Source of the DNA: Bugula neritina
Lineage: Eukaryota > Animalia > Bryozoa
Reading direction: 5' to 3'
DNA: 64,000 nucleotides
Assembly (NCBI GenBank): GCA_964035545.1
Contig: OZ037771.1
Location: 2,367,628 to 2,431,627, forward strand
Shown here: in pieces, positions 42,501 through 54,500 of the stretch
Position numbering within the stretch: position 1 is the stretch's first letter
Layout: each line of letters begins with the position of its first letter
Made by a program: the position numbers and the translations under genes
The notes under the pieces: model-generated
What the model saw: only the letters and a program-made list of their open reading frames with translations
Told to the model about the DNA's origin: nothing
Database searches by the model: none

Positions 42501-45500
42501 GCTAAAGTTATAGGTAAATTAGTATAATAAAATCTAAATTATAGTTCAATTAGACTTAATAAAACATTTGGTAATGTCATATGAAAGGTGTCCAATACTT
42601 TATCAAGCAAAAAGGAATTTCTTCTGCATACATGTATATAATTATTATACACTGTTATGGCAGTTATAAAAAGAGCTGCAACAATATTCCTTTATACTTT
42701 TAGACTACTGCCTACCGTCAAAGGTGTTTGCAAAATATAATCACCAAATTTTCTATATGGCATTTGTACATTTTAGTTTTAGATTGCGTTTTAACCTAAT
42801 TTGCTCTCGGTTTCAAAGTTTTCAGGGCTAATCCACACTCCAAATTAAAAAACACCATAAAGGAAATAAAGTGAATTGCATAATAATAAAATAATCTAAC
42901 AGCCACATAGCAGTTTACTGACAAGGTACTACAAGTGGCTGCATATGATTTAGTTATCAGCTGTCAACACAGTTTGGCTTAACTGAAGGCTGTGACAACT
43001 TTGAAAAAAGTAATAAACATCGTCTTGTAAAAAGTTGATAACCAAAACGTTTGTGCCAACTTTAATATTTTTAGCAAATCACAAACTGAAATTTTAAAAT
43101 GTAAGTTGCTTTTCATCATCAACCTGGTGTTTATATTAGTTCTTGTCTCGTTTGAGAAATTTGGTTGGGAGGTTTTTATGTGATATGATATGTGATTTTT
43201 GTCTCAAGCTATTCTAGAGATCTTAATAAGAGCATGTACATGTACAAAGTAACGATGACATATACATGCAAAACAACGGTAATTATGATCATATTTATTC
43301 TTGCTTTTTTGATTAACTTTTACAGATTTGGGTTCACCCACCTATGTACATGCTAAGCTGATGTACCTATGTTTGAATGTAAATTCAAAAGTTGAAACAT
43401 TCATCAGCTTTAACTAGAATAAGTGAAGGTTACATAACATCTTACCTGAAAATTCGCCATTCCCCACTCTACTTCATCTCTCCTTGGGATTCACTTTATA
43501 ATTAACGACTGTTTGTAAAAGCTTTCAATCTTATCAGTAGTTACTGTATACCATAAAACGCTAGCAATCTATTTCGTACTATGCTATCAAGCATGGCTAT
43601 TCATTATAATATGCCAGTATGTATACATCATGATTATAATATAGCAATGAATATGAAGGCATGTTGTTATTAGCTAAGTAATTGAATGACATGGAATCAT
43701 AATCGATATGTAACTTTATGTAATTAAATCACAACGTGTGACTGACTGATAGTGCCATTTTCATTATAAATCTCTAAACAACATGATGAGTATTAAATTT
43801 GTCAACATTATTATGCTGATGTAAAAGTTTACAGAAAAAAAAACTCTAACGAATTAAAAATGGAATTTGCCAGAAGGAATTTCTCTAGTCTGACTATTTA
43901 GAACATAAAAGTTCATTGCCCTTTGTTCCACTTTATAATATGTTACTAACAAAAATAAAATAGTAATCTAATGATTTTAGATTCAATTACAGCATGATGT
44001 TTAAGGCAAATGTTTATTTTATAGAAAGAAAATTGCCTGATGGCAAGCAATTGACATTACTTAATATTGGCAGTTGTAACACATTGGCACTTGGCATGAA
44101 TACATCTAATACTACATCTAAAGGGTCATAAACTTTGAAGATTGCAAAATACTTTTAAATGATTAGTATCTACGACTTATATATAAGCTGTCAACCTGCT
44201 GTGCTAAAATATTTATTTGAATTACGTGCAAGAAATACATTCAATCCATTATTTCACTTTGTATAATGGATTTGAGTTCCATAAATATTGCATGGATTTC
44301 AAGCCAAACAATTCTTTACTTCACTTTACTGATTACAAAGTATTGTCTCTAAAAACTACCAGTACAGCTGCCATTTCTCTTGTGTAATGCTACTTCTCAA
44401 TTATTTATCATGTAATTCATATCATTTCGCACCTTTTTTAATTTTATAATTACTTGTAGTAAAATGACTTGATGTCCTAACTCCAAACTCTATTTTACCA
44501 GTGTCACTTGATAGCACCATTTTTACAGAAGAATTTTTTAAAGTTCAACAAAATATTATATTGAAAATTATATTTAAAACACATTTTTCAAACTCATTGA
44601 ATAAAAATAGAAAGTTGTGCAGTGACTTGGGACAGTGCAAAAACAATTTGAGCAATGATTCATAGTTTTTAGAGCCATTATCTTAGATTAGGATACTTGG
44701 AACACTTGAGTTAGATGTCATATTCTTATGTCAACTGAAAACCATCAACTAGATGTTAATCAAACTTGACTGTAAAGAAGTTAAACGTAAAACATTGATA
44801 ATAATATATAGTTGTTGATGCATTACTTAGTGCTGTTCCTTGTTGAAGTTGATTCAAATTCATTGCTGTTATGGTATAGTGTCTCTCTAAGTTTTATGTA
44901 GATCTATAGGTAGCAGACTATTTGTTACTCGATTGAAGGAATAATTTTCACCACACTTTATGTATACTCTTACAAACAATGGCATGATATTTGAAGTTCA
45001 GATTTAATGCGAGTAAGCAATTGGCTACACAAAATATAACGGTTTTAAATTCATAGTTTTGAAAAAAAATTTCCTTTTTCATTTTTTTTATAATGTGGTT
45101 GTATTAAACAGTACTAGTTACAGATAATGTTGAACATGTAATTTGTGTTTTAGGTGAAGAGTACGACATGATTTTAGAGAACTATAGATCTGAGGCTAGA
45201 TTCGAAGTATCACAGTCTACGAAGGCCATCGTTGATGCTAAACACCAGTAAGTTTTGGTAGAGTATTTCTTTTGTAAACCATTATTACTTGTTGAAGAGG
45301 AGAAAACTTTAAACAAGTAACGAAATGCAGTAAACAAGAAAATTATGCTAATTATTGTAACTGGTCAGTGATTGTTATATGTTCCGACAAGTAAATCATT
45401 GGAATCTGTTTTGATTATAGTGCTAATATAATGTTATTCTAATACACACTCCACTCTCTATATTTGTGAGAACATGTGATGACAAGTGTTTTCAAATGAG

Positions 45501-48500
45501 CTAAGGACTTTGTCTTTCACCTTGCTGGCAGCATGGGTTAAAAAGCATTCAAAGTAAAACAGGAAAATTATGACAGCAATTCCATTACTTCGAATTATAC
45601 GAATGGGTGCAGTAGCAGTTTGCATGAACTTATGGATGTGGTTTCATTTGATGCAACTGTTCTCAAACATGAATGAAAATTCATTCTCGTAATTCCAAGC
45701 TTGAAAACAGCTTTGAAGCCTAGTGTATGACCGGATGCCTTTCTTTGCATCCCTAAGGACCTTGCTGAGATTTGACCTCATGACATAGCATACTAGGCTA
45801 GATCTCTAGCCACTAGACCACGTGACTGTTTCCTGTTATGTCACTATATTATTATTATTTCTCTGTTATTCAGAGCCATGGAAGTCCTGGATCTGCTGTT
45901 CAACTTCCGGTTCAACACGAGACTGGAGCAGTTTGTGTACGAGTTCAAGAATATCCACCACCAAGCTATGCAGGCTACTTCCGACATGCCAGAAATAGGT
46001 ATGCAAAGCTGTAAAATGTTGAAAATAGGTATTCTGAGCTGTAAGAGTATGTCAAAAGTATGGAGCACTTTCATTTACTTGAACTAAACTAAATTTGCTA
46101 ACATTGATTACATATAATATGTAGTGAATTGTGAATTTATGATAGAAATAGGTGAGAGATACTGTGCACTGTAAACACTAAACATAGATAAGTGGTACTA
46201 AGTTTTGCCAGGTATTAGCATGCACTCGTCTGGTGCTGTTAAATATCTAGTATGTTGTACAGGGCACCTGCTGTAAATATCTAGTATGTTGTACAGGGCA
46301 CCTGCTGTAAATATCTAGTATGTTGTACAGGGCACCTGCTGTAAATATCTAGTATGTTGTACAGGGCACCTGCTGTAAATATCTAGTATGTTGTACAGGG
46401 CACCTGCTGTAAATATCTAGTATGTTGAACAGGGCATCTGCTGTAAATATCTAGTATGTTGTACAGGGCACCTGCTGTAAATATCTAGTATGTTGTACAG
46501 GGCACCTGCTGTAAATATCTAGTATGTTGTACAGGGCACCTGCTGTAAATATCTAGTATGTTGTACAGGGCACCTGCTGTAAATATCTAGTATGTTGTAC
46601 AGGGCATCTGCTGTACGAGACCTTCGAGATTGAAGAGAAGCCACACGTCTGCAAAGTCGCCATTCGAAAGTTAGAAGAGATTTTTCACAAAACTGACTAT
46701 CTAAGAGGAAACTTTGACCTGGTGGCCATCCTCATGGTATTGTATATAGATTACCTTGACTTTATGTCTTAATCAAATCTCCCTTGTTTATTGATTTTCT
46801 CATGGAGCATTATTTTAGCAGAGGGGAGACAATTCTACACTAATGTGCAGCTATTCAGTAAAATACCATGGCTTAGTTTGTACTTTGTGAGGTGATGGAA
46901 TCAATATTTTCCTGTAAATTTGATGGGTACACAGTAAATGTTGTGATTATTTGTCAGTTGTTTTATGCATCTTTGTTTAATTTAGTCAATTTTTAAATCA
47001 TTGAGTAGTTTTTAAATATTATTTTGTTAAATACGAATTTTTTATTTGCCGTAATGTGAATTATCAATAACTATAGAAACTAGAATTTTTTTCAAAACTC
47101 GTAAAACTGGTATGACAATTTCATTGTTTTCTACATCAATCTCTTTTAGTAAAGCAATGCTGATAGTTCAAATGCAAAGTTGTCTCTTCTGCTAATAATT
47201 TTTCCATGACAATCTACTTGATGGTAAGTTACTAATATTTATTTAATTTTAGGATTTATCTGACTACAAGTACGACAAGCTGCTCATCAAGGCAATGGCA
47301 CTGCTCAACAGGTTCTATTCAGCTAATGATTCCCTCTTCAGTCGCGCAGTACAAGCGCAGGTGCTCATAACTCCTAAATCTGTGCAAGTCTACAAACGCG
47401 TGCAGGCTATCCTTCCCAAACTACAGGTTAGAATTGGTTTTTGTTTACTTCTTCATAATTTGAAGTCTGAGGTTAAAAAACATTTCCGAATAATGTTGTA
47501 ATTTTAAGATGTAATTAGATCTCTTTAATTTCTACCACCATTAAGCAAGCGACAGCGAAAACACAATAACAGGGAGTAGATAAAGCATCATGGTAAAAGT
47601 GTCATGTGACCATGTGCACAAAATGCAGACAACTCTTTAGATTTAAAACTATAATATTACAAATAATTGAATACCTACTTTTACCACTACAACTTTGATA
47701 TTCTCCTTTATATAGAGACTAAGCAAGTCAAAGCTGAGTAACGAAGCAGGAATGGAGCTTGCTCAAATCATTGATCAGCTGACTCTCTTCTGCCATCTTG
47801 AAAATGAGCCAGAGGAACCTCATCCCATGAACCAGAAGATTCTATACAATTTCAGTGAGTTGGTTTGATTTAACAACATTACTGATATTTTTGAATAATA
47901 TGTTTAACCGCAATTTGTAAATGCAATGTAATGATATTTTCTAGAAGTGTCTGTATTTATAACCGCTAGTTTAGACAATGAAGGCACAATGTAAAGAGCT
48001 AAAAAAATTTTATTGTATTTACCAAATGGTTATATTTTAAAAGTAGAATGTATTCAAAATTAAAAAAGGTAAGTGGATTTTATGCTGCTCAAATCTGTAA
48101 TTGATGTGTAATTGCAAATTTCTCCAATGTTTGAATTTTTATTTTCCAGACCTGCTTTCGGACATATTTGACATATTAGCAAAAGAATATGACGTGAAGC
48201 TGGCCGACCAGTACAAGGGAATGAAGTGTGCTCTGCAAGCCAGCTTTCGTTTTCTGAAGGGCATCTCCAGGGGAAATGATGCTGTACAGATCCGGCTGTT
48301 TGATCAGCTGGACTTTATGCTGCGGGTGAAGGGAGCTGAACCTGAGATGGCTGAGGCAGTTCTTGAGGTTAGTAGTTGATAGTGTGTGAGAGATTGAGTG
48401 AGTGAGTGAGTGAGTGAGTGAGTGAGTGAGTGAGTGAGTGAGTGAGTGAGTGGGTGAGTGAGTGAGTGAGTGAGTTAGTGAGTGAGTGAGTGAGTGAGTG

Positions 48501-51500
48501 AGTGAGTGAGTGTGTGAGTGAGTGAGTGAGTGAGTGTGTGAGTGAGTGAGTGAGTGAGTGAGTGAGTGTGTGAGTGAGTGAGTCAGTGAGGGAGTGGTGT
48601 CAGTGAGTGAGTGAGTGAGTGAGTGTGTGTGTGAGTGAGTGAGTGAGTTAGTGAGTGAGTGAGTGAGTGAGTGAGTGTGTGGGTAATTGAGTGAGTGAGT
48701 GAGTGAGTGAGTGAGTGAGTGAGTGAGTGAGTGAGTGAGTGAGTGAGTGAGTGAGTGAGTGAGTGAGTGAGCGAGCGAGCGAGTGAGTGAGCGAGTGAGC
48801 GAGCGAGCGAGCGAGCGAGTGAGTGAGCGAGTGAGTGAGGGGTATATTTATTATTTGTACCAGAGTATGTGATTGAGTAAGTCATTTAGTTAATAGTAGA
48901 TTGTGATGAGTTTAATCCAGTATAAAATATTGTTAGTTATTGTTTATATATACATATATGTATACATAAACACGCACACGCACGCACACACACAATGTGT
49001 AATAATATTGCAATAATAGTTATGTTTTGCATAATGTATTTTTATTTTATAGATATTCACAGGAAACAAAGTAACTTGTATGAAGGTTTTAGCCTATCAA
49101 ATTCAAAGGATTATGTTACTGGCGGCAGAACACAGAGCGGAAGCGCCTCAGTTTCTAGACTTGCTCAATGCTATCGTGAAGGTGGAGGAGCTCAACCTGC
49201 CCCTTAAAAGGAATCAAGGTTAGCGTGAAGTTTTTAGTATATTCCAGCACACAACATAGTCTCTTTTCCAAAGCAGCAATGTCAGTGGCTAAATGCGTCA
49301 AGTAGTCCAGCTATTACTTTGCGCTATCTACTCGTACCCATAACCATATCTGGAAATAGACTAAGTTTTTAAATTAAAGGTTAGTTGTAATGTCTATTAA
49401 TTGAATACATTGACTTGTTTTAGGCTACGTGATGAAGTATTTCATGCAGTACCGTTCAGAAGTTTCTGGCTCTTTGGAGTATGACCAGCCCTCTAGGATG
49501 GAACTCCTCAAAAGTAACTCCAACATCAAAGAGCTTAGATATATGCTGTCTATGGTAGATCTACTATCTACTTGCGCAGAGGTAAGCAACTTGTTTGGTA
49601 TCCTAGTGACTGCTTGAGAAATTTCAAATATTGCCAGGGATAACTATGAAAAATTTACTAGTGGATATAGTTACTAAGTAGGAAAGCTGTGCAGCATGAT
49701 TAATAACATATGGCTTTACTATTTCAGGGGGAGAACAGATTTATTGAGTCTATATGTCAGACTATCTTCAATCTGGACGAATTGTTAGAGATTTTGACAG
49801 ACGAAAACCTTTCTAATGCCGTAAAGAAACCATTTCTGCGGTACATGCTCTGGGTCTATATGAACACTGCTGGAGGGATCATTGAGAGTGGGGCTGGAGA
49901 CCTCCCTCATGACACGTAAGATATGATGTAACTTCTCCCTCGTGACACGTAAGATATGGTGTAACTACTCCCTCATGACACGTAAGATATGGTGTAACTA
50001 CTCCCTCATGACACGTAAGATATGGTGTAACTCCTCCCTCATGACACGTAAGGTATGATGTAACTCTACTCCCTCATGACACGTAAGATATGATGTAACT
50101 ACTCCCTCATGACACGTAAGATATGATGTAACTACTCCCTCATGACACGTAAGATATGATGTAAGTTTACTCCCTCATGACACGTAAGATATGATGTAAC
50201 TACTCCCTCATGACACGTAAGATATGGTGTAACTACTCCCTCATGACACGTAAGATATGATGTAACTACTCCCTCATGACACGTAAGATATGATGTAACT
50301 ACTCCCTCATGACACGTAAGATATGATGTAACTACTCCCTCATGACACGTAAGATATGATGTAACTGTGCGTATGAGTTGTTAACACAACTCCTTAGTTA
50401 TTCACCCATGAGCTAAACCAGGTCAACTAATGGGGTAGCTTAGTAGTCAGCCTGTTTTATAAATGCTTTATTATTTGATTTATAGGATTTGCCCTCTTGT
50501 GTATTTCAGCATTGCTATCAGTAAATAACATAATGTGTGTGATATCTTTACCTTCAACAGTAAAGCATTTATAATAATGCACAATGTTGATGTCAGTAAT
50601 AATAATATTTGCTATGAATTTTTTAAACTAAACCAAACAAATATACAACTGTTATTTGCTTCTGCTATTTGGAGTTATTCCCCACTTCTTGTACTCGTAG
50701 AAACATGTGGAAGTTCATCAAGATGGTAATCAGTGATCTGGATAAACTGATCAGCTTTGTTCGAGATAACCAGGACACCACAAAGCAGTTGCTGAAAGAA
50801 GCGCCCAATATAGCTGCGTATGTATTATTATATAATATATATGTGTATGTATTGTTATATAATATATATGTGTATGTATTGTTATATAATATAGCTGTGT
50901 ATGTATTATTATATAATATATCTGTGTATGTATTATTATATATCTGTGTATGTGTTGTTATACACATCTGGTTTGTTTCCCATGTTACTTAAAAGATTTT
51001 TACCATGAATTAATGCAGCATTGGTCAATTGTTCGTCCCATTATCAATTATATTTACCTTCATTGCAGTTTTTGATCACACTAGTACATTATATTATTTC
51101 AAAAGAAATTTACTGATTTCAATTTGTCATATATATATATATATAAATATAATTGTGTTTGGAGTGACACTGTGTTCATTATAAAAAAATTGTTTTAATA
51201 AATTATTGAAACTACCCTTTTCTATACACGTAGTATTATGCATGGACGATTTCAAGACATGCTGCCAGTGGCAGCTGGGTAAATATATCTCGTTTGAATA
51301 CGTAGTGACAGTGTAGTGTAAACTAGTGTGATGTATTATTTTGTTTGCAAGATTTTTCAGTTCTCTTTCTTCTAAATTTAAACTCATTTGTTGTGAGCTG
51401 CTTGTTTTTATTTGTTGACCTTTGACCTGTATGACTATTTATAATTTTCTAAATGGAAAATTGCTATAAAATTGTAGCTACGTTGTCAATAAAAAATTTC

Positions 51501-54500
51501 AATTAATTTAATTTAGTTTGATTTAATTTGCCCCAATATAATTATTTGGAGTTTTATGTACGCTGAAGCTGCTAGTGTAGCGGACTCCAGTTAGATTTAT
51601 CTTCTCTTGTTACATGGGTTCAATTTAAATGTGATCCTCTTGCTCTAGTGTTTTTCTAATTTCATTCTCACTTCTGCAATCATGTGACAAGTTGCTGAGT
51701 TTTCTGTTACTCACTGCTAAGCTGGTGTAAGTTTTAGCAGCACACGCTCATAAAACTGGGAATTTCCCTATTTTTCTTAGCCCAAGGTTTTTACGAGCAC
51801 TACTGATTGTTACCTGTTTACCGTTTTAGTGAGTCCAAAATTGCCCAGAAGTTGAAAGCAGCGGCTAATAAAGCCAAACTGGTTTCTGATATCACAGAGA
51901 GCAGTGTTCCTTCTATAGAGATCACTCCCAGGTAGTATAAGTTTCGTAGATTACTTTAGTTTTTATTGATTATTTTGTTTCACATTTTGATTGTTTTTGA
52001 AAAGCTCGTCTGTGTACTCAAATGCTTGAAATTAACAGGGAAAGAAGCAGCTTGCTATTTATTATACAATTTCAAAACCTGCTAAGTTTTTGAAATTTAA
52101 TTTATTCTAACCTCTGGGTGCCCTTAGCTCAGTCACTGGTTGGTCACTACCTAAGTTATAGTCAAAAGGATTAAAGTGGTAGCAAAAATTCTGATTTTTC
52201 ACATTTTTTATTTAAAAAAGCAAATTTGGAAATTTTGCAAAAAGCTATCTAATTATCACAACAATAGTATAAGTAAATTATAGCCAGTAGTTTGGAGGAC
52301 TCTTATTTAGCCTCTGTTACACGTTTTATTCAATCAGATATAATTTTTATTAATATGCATCATACTAAGCTGATAGCACAAGCTCTATTGTGTGATTCAC
52401 TGTTTATCACATTGAGCTATGCTTGTAGTTTCATAGTGGAGTTAACTAAAGCCTGCAAGCCGATCCTTTTACTGGTAGCTGCATTAAACTTAATCTAAGT
52501 TTTCTCTTAACTTTTGGCATTTAATTAGAATTCTGCGTATTTTTAGCTTTTAGTGTCTTCAATGTTTGTAGCTAAATATTTGCAGCATGGGCCAAGTAGT
52601 TGTGTTTATTTCAATCAAATTAAATTTTTGCTAGATGCCGAAACTCAGCTGCCCACTAACTGGACACCCTAACTTGAGCTATTAGCCTCAGTTTCTATAC
52701 TTTTAGAGTAGAAAGCAACCTTTTTAGATCGTTTTTATCACCTGCATTTATATGCTAAAATCAAATAACCCAATAACTGAGTATTGATGTTTTAAAATAG
52801 CTTTGCCATATAAAGCATGACATCCAAAATATTTTTAGCCAAAGTTTTACTAGTTGTTCTTGCAGTTTTACTAGACTCAAAGTCTTAGCTTGTAGTTTTA
52901 GCATGCATAATTGTAACTTTATTTCTTTCATATGCCGAGTTTAGTTTTACCTGCAATAGCTAAATACTCTGCTACTGTAACTCATCCAGTACCAGCTACT
53001 GCTGCTTAGAGTTGCTATGACAACAGGAGCACACCTAGGGCTATTCAGAGATTATAGGTCATCATCAGCTCTGCTCTCACCTGACAGTTTCAAATACTAA
53101 ATTCCAGGCCATTTTTATAACAAATATTAACTGCATACACTACCTAAATTACCTACATGTATGTTTATAACAAATATTAACAACATACACCACCTAAATT
53201 ACCTACATGGGTCATTCCGCGTCAAATCAACCAAATTTCAGAAAGTCCCACGCCTTTGCGTCTCAGATTTTGTTCATATTTACACCAAATGGACCTACAC
53301 ATGTCTTGAGTACTATTCTTGAATATTTCTGGCCTGACACAAAAACTTTTTGAGAAATGACTATTTCCATGAACAGAGGTTGGGAAAAATTTTGAGGAAA
53401 ATTTGCGATTTTTACTTTTAGACCAATTTGTAAACGTCCATATCTCCATTATTTTTCTAGACTGAGCCTTAAAATTTGGTGTGTGATTTGATAACACCTA
53501 TCAATTTGCACTAGTAATAACACATACTGCAGAATACTTTGTGTGCATATATGCTACGCCATTGAATATTGGCAAATTTTTGTGAATTTTGAATAAATTT
53601 GAATATTTGCCACATCACAAAGGGCGTTAATTTTTATTTTACTCCCATGAATTTTTATCCATGAATAGTTGATTATGGTGACTTTATACTCCTTAATTTG
53701 TGTAATTTTGAAAATAATATTTTCCGAGATATAGACACCCAAAGTGAAGAAAATGTGAAAATTTGCCCAACTTCACAAGGATGTAACCTGATGTTTGAAT
53801 ACAGTAATATCTTTCAAACAAGCATTTTCTGTAACGTCATTTAGTGTATTTTGTAGATTCATAAATTTAAACGTCCTTATATTGTCCAAACTTAAAATAA
53901 ATTGCATGGAAAAATGGTATGTGTACGAAAATCGGCAAAATGCAATTTTTCAATATAATATGTTGGGATCATACAATTTTTATTATTCACATTGTTCAAA
54001 ATATTAAGTAGATACATATATGTCTCCTATATATGTCAAATCTACTGAAGATTATAATAAAATCTGATTTGTGTGTAATAGCGTAAGAAAAATTCTGCCG
54101 ATATGCATTATATGATATTCCCATTAAGTTTCAGGTAGCAATTGTTATTTCTGTGAGTGAATGGTGTGAAACAGCTGAAATTTTGCTGGAATCAAGTACA
54201 TTAAGTAGCTGAGGCAAGGAAGGCTTCAAAAAGCATACCCAAATATAACACCAGGGTCCTGAATACAATAGGCCGAATTAGGTCAACGAGGGGGTTAATG
54301 CATGCTGAAAACAATTGTGGCTTTTGAAACAGACCTGTCTAAATATAGCAGAATGGTCCTAACCTCACCCTGATCAGGTTAGTAATTTGCCCAGGCTAAG
54401 AATAATATTCATCATCCTGAAAAAATCTACAACTTTTTCTTTTGAATGTGGAGAGAATGATTTTCCAACTTTACCATCTAGTTCAAACAGAATTTCCTTT

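Noticed and set aside
48583-48885. 100-aa ORF (SLTH repeats)
   Set aside because: Translation of the (TGAG)n microsatellite.
46241-50366. 33-34-bp repeat arrays as CRISPR arrays
   Set aside because: Units are head-to-tail with no unique spacers, there are no cas genes, and the context is eukaryotic and intron-rich.
53010-53057. Possible extra ITPR exon (ttag|AGTTGCTATG...)
   Set aside because: In the required phase it reaches TAG before a usable donor.
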